Of a stretch of DNA of 64,000 nt, positions 49,725-61,460 are shown piece after piece (positions within the stretch are counted from its first letter, which is position 1; each line of letters starts with the position of its first letter). The notes below the pieces were generated by a model that worked only from the letters and a program-made list of their open reading frames with translations, searched no databases and had not been told where the DNA came from. Origin of the DNA: an uncultured delta proteobacterium. GTDB lineage: Bacteria > Myxococcota_A > Polyangia > Polyangiales > JAFGIB01. Made by a program: the position numbers and the translations under genes. Location: assembly GCA_963778655.1 (NCBI GenBank), contig CAVZVA010000005.1:32001-96000 (forward strand), given 5' to 3'.

Positions 49725-51227
49725 CTACTGCAGCACCAGGGCCGCGCGCAGCACTGCCTGCTGATCGGGCGTGAGCACGGTGCCGCTGGTCCTGGCCCAG
49801 AACATCAGGTTGTCCGCGCCGAAGCCCTGGCAGTCCCCGACGTCGAGCCCGTCGCCGCCGGTGTCGCGCTCGCTGCGGCATTCGGGCGTGTCCGCGAGCG
49901 CATCGAGCACGCTGCCGTCGGCCTCGCTGGTGTGGAACAGGCCCAGGTAGTGCCCGATCTCGTGCGCCAGGGTGCGGCCCAGGCGCTCGGGGTCGCCCGC
50001 CATCATGTTGGTGGCGATGGCAATGCCGGAGCTGCCGGTGCCCTGCATGCCGAGCGGTCCTGGAATGCCGCCGGCCTCGGCTTCGGGCTCGCCGTCGTCG
50101 GGCCGGGGATCGATGTCCTTCAGGAAGAACAGATTGATCGCGGCGTTGCCGGCGCCCGCCGAGAGCCGGAACAGGCCCGGGAGCTCCATGTACACGCCCC
50201 GGCGGATGTGCAGCACGGCGAAGCCCTGTGCCTGGTCACCTTCGGGAAACACCGTGCCGCGCAGGGGCAGCGCGCCCGGAACGGCGATCTGGCGCAGGTC
50301 GCCGATGAAGATGTCCGCCTGCCCGAGGATTCGATCGACCAGGTCGAGCGCGTCGGCCAGCAGCGGCGGCCCGCGGTCGCCCTGGGGCTGCCAGTCCAGC
50401 GCGCCCATGTAGAACACGTTGAGGTCCAGGCGCTGGCCCGTATCGCTGCGCGAGAGCCGTGTCACGCGCAGGTCGCCGGCCTGCTCCGCGTCGACCTCGG
50501 CCACGTATCCGGCCGGTGAGAGCGCGTCGCGCGCGCCCGAGGGCAGCATGATCACGGCCGGGTCGAGGTGTTCTCCGGTCGCCACTGGATTGAGCGGCGG
50601 CGGCGCCTGCGTGTAGTCGGCGTCCGCGCTCCACAGCTCCACCGGCGTCGCATCGCGCGTTCGCAGCGCGTGCAGGCACAGCGGCGGGCGGCACACCACG
50701 CCCGGCCACTCGCCCTGCAGCGCCTGCAGCACGTATAGGGTGGCGCCTTGCTGCTCGGCCGGATCGAGCTCGATCTGCGCGCTGCCGTTGCGCAGCGCCC
50801 GCGTGCGCAGCTCGCTCTGCGCGCTGCCGTCCAGGGGGAGATCGGCGCGCGCCACGCACGCGTCGAGCTTCTGCAGGGCGTCGGGCCCGCGGCGCGCGAA
50901 CACCGCCTGGCAGCGCTCGTCTTTGGCACAGTCGTCGTCCCGCGTGCAGGGGACGGCGCAGCCCCCCGCGAGCAAGCAAACGCCGCGCGCGCAGTCCGAT
51001 GCCTGCTCGCAGGCCGCTCCCTGTCCGCTGCCGGGGCCCGGGTCATCGCACGCGAGCGCCAGCGGCGCGAGATCCTCGGGCTTGGCTTCGGGGCTGGCGA
51101 CGCAACGCAGCCCGCCGCAATCGCGATCGGCCTCGCACGCGGCGCCGCGCGGCTCGTGCCCCGGCGTCGCGCAGCCACTCCAGGCGAGCGCGCACCCCAG
51201 CAGGAAGACCGCCACCGCCCGAGCCAT
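49725..51227 (-). CDS. Cys-rich lipoprotein with metzincin (M43-like) zinc metalloprotease domain
   Basis: Lipobox AWSGC; HEIGHYLGLFH zinc motif; DTPEC; Met-turn NLMFW. Confidence 0.8.
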   Translation of the reverse strand: MARAVAVFLLGCALAWSGCATPGHEPRGAACEADRDCGGLRCVASPEAKPEDLAPLALACDDPGPGSGQGAACEQASDCARGVCLLAGGCAVPCTRDDDCAKDERCQAVFARRGPDALQKLDACVARADLPLDGSAQSELRTRALRNGSAQIELDPAEQQGATLYVLQALQGEWPGVVCRPPLCLHALRTRDATPVELWSADADYTQAPPPLNPVATGEHLDPAVIMLPSGARDALSPAGYVAEVDAEQAGDLRVTRLSRSDTGQRLDLNVFYMGALDWQPQGDRGPPLLADALDLVDRILGQADIFIGDLRQIAVPGALPLRGTVFPEGDQAQGFAVLHIRRGVYMELPGLFRLSAGAGNAAINLFFLKDIDPRPDDGEPEAEAGGIPGPLGMQGTGSSGIAIATNMMAGDPERLGRTLAHEIGHYLGLFHTSEADGSVLDALADTPECRSERDTGGDGLDVGDCQGFGADNLMFWARTSGTVLTPDQQAVLRAALVLQ

Positions 51228-51389
51228 CCACGCGTATCATAGCGCAGCGCTCCGGGCCCTGCCGGATCGCTGGCGTCGAGCCCACCGTTCGGTCGAAACC
51301 AGGCTCACGGCAAGCCGGAAAGCAACCGCAGCCCCTTCCCACCTTGCCGTCTTGCTGTTGCATCCAGCCGCGGCCCGCCCCCCGCGGCC

Positions 51390-52058
51390 TCAGCCCACGT
51401 GCTCGGCGAACAGCTGCAACGTGCGCTCGCGGGCCAGCTTGGCGGACTCGGCGTGATAGCTGCCGCGCTTGTCGCAGTTGAAGCCGTGACCCGCTGGGTA
51501 GACGTAGATCGGCAGCTCCGGATGCGCCTCGCGGATCTTGTCGATCTCGCTCATGGGAATGCTCGGGTCCTGCTCGCCGAAGTGCAGGATGGTCGGGGCC
51601 TCGGGCGTGGCGTCCTTCTGGCCGGCAATCCGTCCGCCGTAGTAGCAGGACGCCGCGGCCACGCGCTCCAGCCTGCACACCGCGGCCCAGGCCATGGTGC
51701 CGCCGTAGCAGTAGCCGACCACGCCGACCTTGCCGCTCTTGGCCAGCTCGTCGATGCCGGCCTGCAGGTCGCGCAGCGCGTCGCCGGGCTTGAGCTTGGT
51801 GACCAAACCGACGGCCGTGCGCATGGCCTCGCCGTCGTAACCGGTCTCCACCCCGCGCTCGATGCGATCGAAGAGCGCCGGCGCGAGCGCGAGATAGCCC
51901 TGCGCGGCGTAGTCGTCGCACACCGCGCGGATGTGCTCGTTGACGCCGAAGATCTCCTGGATGACGAGCACGCCGCCGCGCGGCTTGCCCTCCGGCTCGG
52001 CACGGTAGGCCGACAACTGGTGTCCGTCGCTCGTGGTCAGCGTGATGGTCGTGCCCAT
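51390..52058 (-). CDS. Dienelactone hydrolase family protein
   Basis: IQEIFGVN, GYCYGG nucleophile elbow, HFGEQD, YPAGHGFNCD. Confidence 0.92.
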   Translation of the reverse strand: MGTTITLTTSDGHQLSAYRAEPEGKPRGGVLVIQEIFGVNEHIRAVCDDYAAQGYLALAPALFDRIERGVETGYDGEAMRTAVGLVTKLKPGDALRDLQAGIDELAKSGKVGVVGYCYGGTMAWAAVCRLERVAAASCYYGGRIAGQKDATPEAPTILHFGEQDPSIPMSEIDKIREAHPELPIYVYPAGHGFNCDKRGSYHAESAKLARERTLQLFAEHVG

Positions 52059-52112
52059 GGGTTTGAGCCCTACTCAAATTCGGCGCGCGCTGCAAGTGAC
52101 TCGCCGCGCAGC

Positions 52113-53327
52113 TCAGCCGGCCTCGGGCGGTCCGGACAGGCGCCGGAAGCAGGCGTAGCCGCACAGCGGGCACAGCGTGGCCAGGGCGAACGCCAGCCCG
52201 TAGGCGCGCAGGTCGAACAGCCGCCCGAACAGCGGCATCGCCAGGGCCAGGCCGGCGCCGTAGGCCCCGGAGCCGATGCCGGCCAGGTAACCCGCGTGCT
52301 GCCGCGAAAACACCTCCGCGCCGTAGCTGATGATCAGCAGCTGGAACGCGGCGGCGGCGAACATCGCCAGAAAGAACAGCGCCAGCACCGGCGCGAGCGC
52401 GTGCAGGTGCGGCAGCAGCGCGAGCGGCAGGCTCAGCACGGCGGCGAAGGGCAACAGGCGGCGCACCGCCGCCAGCCGGCTGCCGGCGCCGCGTGCGACG
52501 CGGTCTGCGAGCCAGCCCCAGAAGAAGATGCCGAGCTCTGAGCCGAGCGGCGGCAGCCACAACAGGGCGCCGATCGCGAGCTGCGAGAGCCCGAGCACGC
52601 GGTGCAGATACAGCGCCGAGCAGTAAACCACGAAGCCGAGCGGCAGCGCCCCGAGCGCGTAGCCGAGCAGGAAACCCCACAGCCGCGGGTCGGAGAAGCG
52701 CGGCTGTGGTCCAGCCACAGAGGCTTCGCCCGCGGCCTCGGCGCCGTCCGCGGGCGTGGCGCGCAGCTCTGCGCGCCGGCTCAGCAGCAGCCAGCCCGCG
52801 ATCCAGGCCAGGCCGATCGCGAAGGTGAAGCCGAACGCCCCGCGCCAGCCGAACAGCGCCGCCACCGGCGTGATCACCAGCGGCGTGAGCACCGCGCCCG
52901 CGGAGCCACCGCTGTAGGTGAGCGCAATGCCGCGCGAGCGGCTCGAGGCCGGCAGCGTCTGCATCACCGTGCGCAGGCCGCCCGGCGCCGCCGCGCCCTC
53001 GCCCAAGCCGAGCAGCGCGCGCGCTGCGGCAAAGCCGGCAAAGCCGCGCGCGAACCCGTGGCTGCCGGAGGCCAGGGTCCACAGCGCCACCGCGGCGGTC
53101 ATGCCCGCGCGCAGTCCCACCCGGTCGAGCACGCGCCCCCACAGCGGGTTGCCGAGCATGAACGCGATCGAGTAGCCGGACACGGCCAGGCCGTATTGGG
53201 CGGTCGAGATCCGCGTCTGTTCCAGAATGGTCGGCGCGAGCAGCGCCAGCGTGTTGCGATCCACGTAGCTGATCACGCTGACCAGCATCATCGATCCCGC
53301 CGGCAACCAACGCCCCAGCCCGCGCAT
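52113..53327 (-). CDS. MFS transporter (ACS/ExuT-like)
   Basis: ISYVDRNTL, GRVLDRVGLR, RALLGLGEG, GWLADR; ~12 hydrophobic segments. Confidence 0.88.
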   Translation of the reverse strand: MRGLGRWLPAGSMMLVSVISYVDRNTLALLAPTILEQTRISTAQYGLAVSGYSIAFMLGNPLWGRVLDRVGLRAGMTAAVALWTLASGSHGFARGFAGFAAARALLGLGEGAAAPGGLRTVMQTLPASSRSRGIALTYSGGSAGAVLTPLVITPVAALFGWRGAFGFTFAIGLAWIAGWLLLSRRAELRATPADGAEAAGEASVAGPQPRFSDPRLWGFLLGYALGALPLGFVVYCSALYLHRVLGLSQLAIGALLWLPPLGSELGIFFWGWLADRVARGAGSRLAAVRRLLPFAAVLSLPLALLPHLHALAPVLALFFLAMFAAAAFQLLIISYGAEVFSRQHAGYLAGIGSGAYGAGLALAMPLFGRLFDLRAYGLAFALATLCPLCGYACFRRLSGPPEAG

Positions 53328-53397
53328 AGGCGCGGCAGAATCCCCCAAAAGCTCGCACAGCGCCAGAAGCGGGAGCGCCACCGCCGCGCTCAAGGAC

Positions 53398-53492
53398 ATG
53401 AAATAGGAAGGCGGGAAGGATAGATGAGGGTGCCGAGTTGCAACGCCGGGCGCCGGGGTGGTTCGATCAGAAGCTTCTTCCCGCCTTCCCGC
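53398..53492. repeat. CAGGAAGGCGGGAAG-family inverted repeat
   Basis: TAGGAAGGCGGGAAG ... CTTCCCGCCTTCCCG. Confidence 0.65.
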
Positions 53493-53545
53493 GGCCATGG
53501 CCGGGGCTCGACAGCGCTTTGGGCTGGATTACACTTCGTAGTGTC

Positions 53546-54391
53546 ATGCGCGTAGCGGCCTCGATGCTCGCGGTGCTTTGCCTGCTGGCCGGGTCGCAGG
53601 CTCGGGCCGACAAGGTGCATCTGGTCGGCGGCACCGTGATCGAGGGCAAGGCCGTGCGGCAGGGCGACAAGGTCGTGGTCGAGCTCGAGGCGGGCGAGAT
53701 GAGCTTGCCCGCGAGCGAGGTCGAGCGCATCGAGCCGTCCGAGTCGGTCGTGCAGCACTTCGAAGCGCAATACGCCAAGCTGCGACCCGGAGACGTCAAG
53801 GGATTGCTGACGCTGGCCGACTACTGCCGCGACCACCAGATGCGCGACCGCGAGCGCCAGATGCTGCTCAAGGTGGTGGAGGTCTCGCCCGACCACGCGG
53901 AGGCGCGCGCGCGCCTAGGCTACGTGCACACCGATGCCGGCTGGGTTACGCGCGAGGATCAGATGCGCGCCCAGGGGATGGTGCTGCACGAGGGCCAGTG
54001 GGTGACGCGCGCGCAGCTGATCGAGATGGAGCGCCTGCAGGCTCAGGCCGACACCGCCGCCCACGAGCGCGACAAGGCGCAAGCCGAGCTCGAGACCAAG
54101 CGCGTGGAGCTGGAGAAAGCGCGGGTCGAGCGCGATCAAGCCGCGGCCAGCGCGGAGCAGAGCACGCCAACCAACGCCGCGACCCCGCCGCCCGCTTACT
54201 ACGGCTATGGCAGCTACGGGTACGGCTACGCCGCGCCGCCCTATGCGTATGCGCCCCATGCGGGCTACGGCGGGCGCGATGGCCGCCGCTGTCTGGACCC
54301 GCCGCGCTGTGCGCGCACGGCTCCAGCCTGGCCCCACCACAGCGCGTTTCCGATTCCCGGCGTCAAGGACCCGTTCGACTATTTGCACTGA
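53546..54391 (+). CDS. Secreted hypothetical protein
   Basis: Signal peptide ending ARA-DKV; PDHAEARARLGY...GWVT...GMVLHEGQWVT; coiled coil; Tyr/Gly-rich tail. Confidence 0.7.
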   Translation: MRVAASMLAVLCLLAGSQARADKVHLVGGTVIEGKAVRQGDKVVVELEAGEMSLPASEVERIEPSESVVQHFEAQYAKLRPGDVKGLLTLADYCRDHQMRDRERQMLLKVVEVSPDHAEARARLGYVHTDAGWVTREDQMRAQGMVLHEGQWVTRAQLIEMERLQAQADTAAHERDKAQAELETKRVELEKARVERDQAAASAEQSTPTNAATPPPAYYGYGSYGYGYAAPPYAYAPHAGYGGRDGRRCLDPPRCARTAPAWPHHSAFPIPGVKDPFDYLH

Positions 54392-54473
54392 CCGGCTACG
54401 CCGCCGGCGCGAAAGCGAGAAGCCGCCGTTTGCTGCTCGCCTTCTTGCCTTGCCGTGAAGCCGCGTTTGGCCT

Positions 54474-56306
<1,833 letters not shown>

Positions 56307-56366
56307 AACTGCCGCCCACTATCGACCAGAGCGGCGCTCCGAGCAACGCGCCGGGGCGTGCGACTG

Positions 56367-56918
56367 CTACGGAGAGAGCCCGAGGGAACAGCGAGTGTAT
56401 GCGTCGCTGTTTGCGGCCAGGTAGTCGGACGCCTGCTGGCACTGCGCCGGGCAAAGGAACAGTTGGGTGTGCGCGACGTAGTAGGGCGTCGGGATCTGGT
56501 CGCAAATGGATTGGGGCTCCGTCTCCGGCACGCGGCTGGGCGTCGGCTGGTTGTTCACGAAGTCCATCAGGAACTTGATGGTCGCCGCGCTGACCGGGTC
56601 CTGAGGGTTGTTGGGGATCTCGCAGGCGGCATCGGGGTTGTGGACGATCTTTTCGAGCGCGGAGTACCAGTTGATGAGCTGGGTGCACGCATCCACGGAG
56701 CTGGTCGTCGCGCCGGCGTCCATCGTGCTGCTGCCGCCCGCGCCGCCCGCCGCTCCAGCGCCCGCGCCGCCGGCGCCACCGGCCACCCCTCCTGCTCCGC
56801 CGTCGATGGTCAGCTGCACCGTCGCGACCGAGTCGTTCGCCTGGCTGCAGCCCGCCGCTGCCGCCAATGCGAGCGCGCTCGCCGCGCTCGCTCCCCAGTG
56901 CCGCAAGCTCCCACCCAT
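56367..56918 (-). CDS. Small Cys-containing lipoprotein with Gly-rich linker
   Basis: Lipobox AAAGC; Gly-rich linker; C-terminal LFLCPAQC. Confidence 0.7.
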   Translation of the reverse strand: MGGSLRHWGASAASALALAAAAGCSQANDSVATVQLTIDGGAGGVAGGAGGAGAGAAGGAGGSSTMDAGATTSSVDACTQLINWYSALEKIVHNPDAACEIPNNPQDPVSAATIKFLMDFVNNQPTPSRVPETEPQSICDQIPTPYYVAHTQLFLCPAQCQQASDYLAANSDAYTRCSLGLSP

Positions 56919-56934
56919 GGGCCCCGCCAGCACT

Positions 56935-58563
56935 CTAGCGCCGCGCGTCGAGCTCGGCCAGCCGCTGCTGCAGCGGGCGCGCCTGGAAGCTCCTGGGGTG
57001 GGCCTGCAGGAAGCGCTCGATCGCGTCGCGCTCCTGGCTCGCCTCGCCCAGCGCGCGCAGCGCGCGGATGCGCACGCGCTGCGCTTCCTCCACCAGCGAG
57101 CCGCTGCCGTCGCTCAGGTATCGCTCCAGGTTGTCGAGCGCCAGCCGCGGTTGCCCCAGCCGATCGAGCTGGAGCTCGGCCAGTGACACCAGCACGGTGT
57201 GCGCCTCCGGACTGTCCGGATAGGTCTCGCGCAGGCTCTGGTACGCGGCCGCCGCTTGCTCGAAGCGCCCCACGCGCATCATTCCGCGCGCGCGCCCGAG
57301 CAGCTCGCCGGCCGTGGGCGGCTGAGGCGCGGTAGGCGCCGCCGTGTGCTCGATCCGAGCTCTCGGCGGCCGCCGCGCGCTCGCGCTCGCCGGCTCCTGC
57401 GCCGGCGGCTGCGGCGCCAGTGTGATCTCCGCGCTGCTGAACGCCAGCACCGTGGTCTGCCCCGCCTCGCACGCGAAGTCACGCGTCACCAGCACACGGC
57501 CGTCGAGCCGCGCCTGCAGTCGGTGCTCGCCGGCCGGGATCAGCGAGCTGAGCGGGGCCACGCCGATCAGGTTGTCGTCGAGCCAGACCTCGGCGCCCGC
57601 CGGCAGCCCGCGTAGCGTGAGCGAGGCGGTGACCGGATTGCTCCACAGCCGTGATGGCCTAAGCAACGCCCACTCCGGCGACTCCTCGCTGCGGCTGATC
57701 GACGACAGCGTGGCCGTGCTGTCGTGCACCAGCGAGCGCTGGTGTGCCAGCACCATCCGCTCGCCGCCGCCGTCGCTGCCCACGCGCACCTTGCCGTTGA
57801 GCACCGCGGTGCTCACGCCCGCGGCCGGATCGCGCGCAACCGTGAACGCGGTGCCCACCGCGGTCGACCACACACCGTCCGCCACCACCGAGAGCCGGTA
57901 GCCTTCGGGCTGCGGCGCGAGCTGTACCGCCACCTTGCCCGACTCCAGGTCGAGCCTGCGCCAGGCGCTGTGCGTGCGCGACAGCCGCAGCGCGCTCTGC
58001 TCGCTGGCGCACACGTTGATCTCCGGGTCCATCGCCAGGCAGGCCGTGCCGTGGCCGACCTCGAGCAGGCTGCCCTCGGGCAGCGGCGCCGAGCTGCCGG
58101 CGACCGCCTTGCCGTCGACGCGCACGTCGCCCGATGCGTACACCAGCTCGACCCGCGGCGCGGGCGCGGGCGCCGCGGCGGCGTGCGGCTCCGGCGCGGG
58201 CTTGTGCGGCAACAGCACCGCCGCCACCGCCACTGCCGCGACCGCGGCCGCACCGCTCGCCCACACGAACCAGGGCAAGCGCCCCCCGCGCCTGATCCGC
58301 GACAGCTCGTCGCGCTCCGCCGTGGATGCCTCGTCGGCCAGCCGCGCCAGCACCGTGTCCACCAGCGCGCGGCTCTCCGCGCTCGGCGCGGCGTCGAGCT
58401 CCGCCAGCTGCTCGAGCAGCTCGTGCTCGCGCGCGCAGGCCGGGTGCTCCGCGGCCAGCCGCTCGCAGAACGCGAGCTCCTCGCTGGTGAGCATCTCGCC
58501 CAGGGCCTTGCGGTCCATGAGCTCGGCCCAGCGCCGGTGCTGGTCTTTGTCGTGCTCAGCCAT
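56935..58563 (-). CDS. FecR/PEGA/TPR anti-sigma factor
   Basis: TM helix; LDLESGKVAV...AVGTAFTV...VLNGKVRV (FecR); PAGAEVWLD...GEHRL (PEGA); C-terminal TPR (YPDSPEA, FLQAHPRS). Confidence 0.85.
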   Translation of the reverse strand: MAEHDKDQHRRWAELMDRKALGEMLTSEELAFCERLAAEHPACAREHELLEQLAELDAAPSAESRALVDTVLARLADEASTAERDELSRIRRGGRLPWFVWASGAAAVAAVAVAAVLLPHKPAPEPHAAAAPAPAPRVELVYASGDVRVDGKAVAGSSAPLPEGSLLEVGHGTACLAMDPEINVCASEQSALRLSRTHSAWRRLDLESGKVAVQLAPQPEGYRLSVVADGVWSTAVGTAFTVARDPAAGVSTAVLNGKVRVGSDGGGERMVLAHQRSLVHDSTATLSSISRSEESPEWALLRPSRLWSNPVTASLTLRGLPAGAEVWLDDNLIGVAPLSSLIPAGEHRLQARLDGRVLVTRDFACEAGQTTVLAFSSAEITLAPQPPAQEPASASARRPPRARIEHTAAPTAPQPPTAGELLGRARGMMRVGRFEQAAAAYQSLRETYPDSPEAHTVLVSLAELQLDRLGQPRLALDNLERYLSDGSGSLVEEAQRVRIRALRALGEASQERDAIERFLQAHPRSFQARPLQQRLAELDARR

Positions 58564-59170
58564 GTTGCTTCAAGCCCCCCCGGGCTCCGGTTCGCAGCTC
58601 GCGCAGAATCGCGCGGCGGATCTGCTTGCGCGCCGCGACCAGACGATCCTTGACCGTGCCCACCGGCTTCTTGGTCAGCTCGGCGATCTCCTCGGTGGTG
58701 AAGCCGAGCGCGTGCTTCATCACGAGCACGTTGCGCCGGGCCTCCGGCAGCAGCGCCAGGTACTCATCCAGCGGTCGCGGCGTCTGCTCGTGCGCCGGCG
58801 CGTCCTCGCTCTCGTCGTGTCCGCGTAGCTCGTCGGCATCGGTCGTGCCGCCCAGCATCCAGCCGCGCCGGCGTTGCTCGCGCGCGTGCCGCAGCGCGGT
58901 GCGCACCGCGATCCGATCGGCCCAGCGCTCGATGCTGGCTTCCTCGCGGTAGGTGGCGGCGGAACGAAGGATTTCCATCAAAGCGACCTGCGCGGCGTCG
59001 TCGGCATCGGCCGAGTGAGAAAGCAGCCGCCGCGCCAGGCGCTGCACGCGCGGGGCGAGACGGTGGGCAAGCACCCGCTGGGCGTGGGAATCCCCGCCCG
59101 CCACGAGCTTCATCAGCCCAAGGTCCGACTGGCCCCCGGCTGGCCTGGCTCTCCCGGAAACGAGCTGCAT
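58556..59170 (-). CDS. ECF RNA polymerase sigma-70 factor
   Basis: DADDAAQVALMEI...WADRIAVR; GFTTEEIAELTKKPVGTVKDRL. Confidence 0.9.
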   Translation of the reverse strand: MQLVSGRARPAGGQSDLGLMKLVAGGDSHAQRVLAHRLAPRVQRLARRLLSHSADADDAAQVALMEILRSAATYREEASIERWADRIAVRTALRHAREQRRRGWMLGGTTDADELRGHDESEDAPAHEQTPRPLDEYLALLPEARRNVLVMKHALGFTTEEIAELTKKPVGTVKDRLVAARKQIRRAILRELRTGARGGLKQHG

Positions 59171-59239
59171 GCGTTCACCCGATGAAGTGGCCGGTTGGCC
59201 CCGCTTGGGTCGGCTTTTTCGACACGAAGAGGCCTTCCC

Positions 59240-60625
59240 TCAGAAATAGACCGCAGCCCCCGCTTCCGCCACCGGTCGCAGGCTTGCGGGCCGGAGCAGG
59301 TCCTGGGTTCGCATCCCGGTGGCCGGCGCTGTCTCGGATACTGTGACTGTATATTTGAATTTGTTTAGCAAAATGTCCACGCCGGCTTGCACGAACAGGC
59401 CCAGGCGAGGAAGCGGCTGCAGCTCCGCCCGCAAGCGCGGCGCCAGGGCGGCAAGCAGCCGGGTCCTGGAGCCTAGGTCCGTGACCTGTTGGACGCCGGG
59501 CATAGCCTGTGGGTTCTTGGTGCTGGTCCGAAGCAGCCACTCCAGGACCAGCCCCAGCTCCCCATCCAGGCTGAGCAGCTTGCCCCAGCGCAAGCGGTAG
59601 CCAGCATAGAGCGTGGCTGGGATGCGCTGCAGCTCGGTCTTGACCGGTGAGGTCCCCTCGATCGCGGGTGCCAGCGTGATCGGCCAGGTCAGCAGGTAGC
59701 TCGCGCCTGCGTACAGCGGGGCAAAGCCGAGCCAGGAGACGCTGACGGCCGCTCCGCTGCGCCAGGCGGCCTGGTCGTCGAAGTGGCTGCCCGCGTATGC
59801 GGCCGACAAGCGCAGCGGAAGCTTGGCTGCGTGCCTCGCGGCCGGGACTTTGGCGGCCCCGGTCTCGGCGCTGCTCGCGGGCCTCGCCCCCACTGGGGGC
59901 GCCGCCGGCTTGGAGGAGCCGGGCGGCGGGGCAGCCGAGGCCGCAGGAACCGCTTCGGCTGGCGCAGCCGGCGCGGGCCCGGCCTGGGGTGTGGGTGGGG
60001 GTGCCGCCGTCGTGGATCCCGGTGTCACGGATCCGGCGGGTACAGCGGGCGCAGGTGAGGGCGCCTGCACCGAGGCCAGCGCCTCCGGCCCGCCCTCGAT
60101 CAGCGCCCTGGCCGCCTCCTTGGCCATCACCGCGACCGCCTCGATCGCGGCGGGGCGGCGCTCGTCCTGCGCATCCAAGGGGCGGACCACGATGCGCTCG
60201 CTCTGCCCGTCCATCATGTACACCAGCCAGCGGCCGTCGGGCTGCGGCTCGACCCAGATCGCCGCCAGCAGATCACCGCGTGGCGCCAGCCCTTGCACCT
60301 GGGCCACGCGCTGCCCCAACGAACCGTGCGGGTCTGCCACGGGTTGGAACACCAGCTCGGCGTCCGTCAGCGCGTACTGCGCGAGCAAGGCGTCGCGCAG
60401 CTGCGACTGAGCCACCTGATCGAGCGCCGGCATCAGGAACAGCACGGTCCGGGCCTTGGTGGCGGCCGCTGCCCGGGGCGGCGCGGGCGCCGCGGCCGGG
60501 GCAAAGCCGGGCGCTTGGGGCCGCGGGGCGGGCTGGGCCAGGGCCGCCGCCGCCAGGCCCGCGGTCAGCGTCGAGGCGAGGGCGCTCCGCAGCGCCTTCG
60601 CTCCAACCCCATGCGGCCGCGCCAT
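59240..60625 (-). CDS. Secreted / putative outer-membrane beta-barrel protein of the ECF-FecR cassette
   Basis: Signal peptide; Pro/Ala linker; amphipathic beta-strand C-terminal half ending AVYF. Confidence 0.65.
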   Translation of the reverse strand: MARPHGVGAKALRSALASTLTAGLAAAALAQPAPRPQAPGFAPAAAPAPPRAAAATKARTVLFLMPALDQVAQSQLRDALLAQYALTDAELVFQPVADPHGSLGQRVAQVQGLAPRGDLLAAIWVEPQPDGRWLVYMMDGQSERIVVRPLDAQDERRPAAIEAVAVMAKEAARALIEGGPEALASVQAPSPAPAVPAGSVTPGSTTAAPPPTPQAGPAPAAPAEAVPAASAAPPPGSSKPAAPPVGARPASSAETGAAKVPAARHAAKLPLRLSAAYAGSHFDDQAAWRSGAAVSVSWLGFAPLYAGASYLLTWPITLAPAIEGTSPVKTELQRIPATLYAGYRLRWGKLLSLDGELGLVLEWLLRTSTKNPQAMPGVQQVTDLGSRTRLLAALAPRLRAELQPLPRLGLFVQAGVDILLNKFKYTVTVSETAPATGMRTQDLLRPASLRPVAEAGAAVYF

Positions 60626-60631
60626 GTCGCG

Positions 60632-60684
60632 ACGATAGCGCGTTCACCCCCGTTTGATCTTTTGTCGTCGCGGATTGGTATGCT
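60632..60684. promoter_or_regulatory. Divergent pair of -10 boxes in leaderless configuration
   Basis: TATCGT (- strand, 60637-60632) 6 nt before ATG 60625; TATGCT (+, 60679-60684) 6 nt before GTG 60691. Confidence 0.55.
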
Positions 60685-60690
60685 GTCGTG

Positions 60691-61392
60691 GTGACTGCGC
60701 GCGGTGCACAGGGCCGGGCCGTGGCGCGCTGGCCGTGGATCGCCTTGGTCGCTGCGGCCGGGTGCGGTGCCACGTTGGGCGCCGGCGACGCGCCGGCCAC
60801 GGCGCTGCACCCCGGCGACCCCAGCGCGGCCCCCGGGCTGCGCGCGCTGCCGGAGCTGCCCGCGGCGGCGGCCCGCGATGGCGCCACGCACCAGGGGCTG
60901 CTGCTGGCGCGCGAGACCTTCGGCCATGCCCTGCCCGACGCGCCGGCCGATCGGGCCTACACCTCGCTGCAGCACTGGGTCGACACTGAAGTGGCGAGCT
61001 GGATCGAGCAGCGCCGCGCGCAGATCGACGCCACCCGCGATCGCTTCGCGCTGGGAGGCGACCCCGGCGTGGTCGCGCGCATCGTGCGCCACGCGGTGAT
61101 CGGCATGCTCCACGAGGACACCGCGCTCTCGCTCGGCCGGCTACCGGCGCCGAGCGAGCTCGACGACGAGCCCGACATCGCCGCGATGTACCGGGATATC
61201 GTGCGCAGTCAGGCCGACGCGTTCGTGGGCGCGGCGCTGCGCGAGTTGCGCGACTGCGCCAACGAGGCCTACCGCGGCCCGGCGGACATGCGCCCGTGGG
61301 CCGAGTTCTGCCACGCCCGATTCGACCACCTGCGCGCCCAGATCAAATCGCGCAGCACGATGAAGCGCGCCACCGCCAGCGCCAAACCTTGA
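60691..61392 (+). CDS. Hypothetical lipoprotein
   Basis: Lipobox AAAGC; helical protein with C-terminal Cys pair. Confidence 0.7.
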   Translation: MTARGAQGRAVARWPWIALVAAAGCGATLGAGDAPATALHPGDPSAAPGLRALPELPAAAARDGATHQGLLLARETFGHALPDAPADRAYTSLQHWVDTEVASWIEQRRAQIDATRDRFALGGDPGVVARIVRHAVIGMLHEDTALSLGRLPAPSELDDEPDIAAMYRDIVRSQADAFVGAALRELRDCANEAYRGPADMRPWAEFCHARFDHLRAQIKSRSTMKRATASAKP

Positions 61393-61460
61393 TCACCCGG
61401 CCCGCCCGCGCCCGCGATCATAGCTCGTAGTCGCAGTCGTAGTCGTCCTCGACCCCCGCC

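Noticed and set aside
59171..59239. Same ECF promoter motif upstream of the second sigma gene
   Set aside because: Only a CCACTT -10-like element is shared; the TGAGCCAC -35 is absent and no second copy was found to validate a motif
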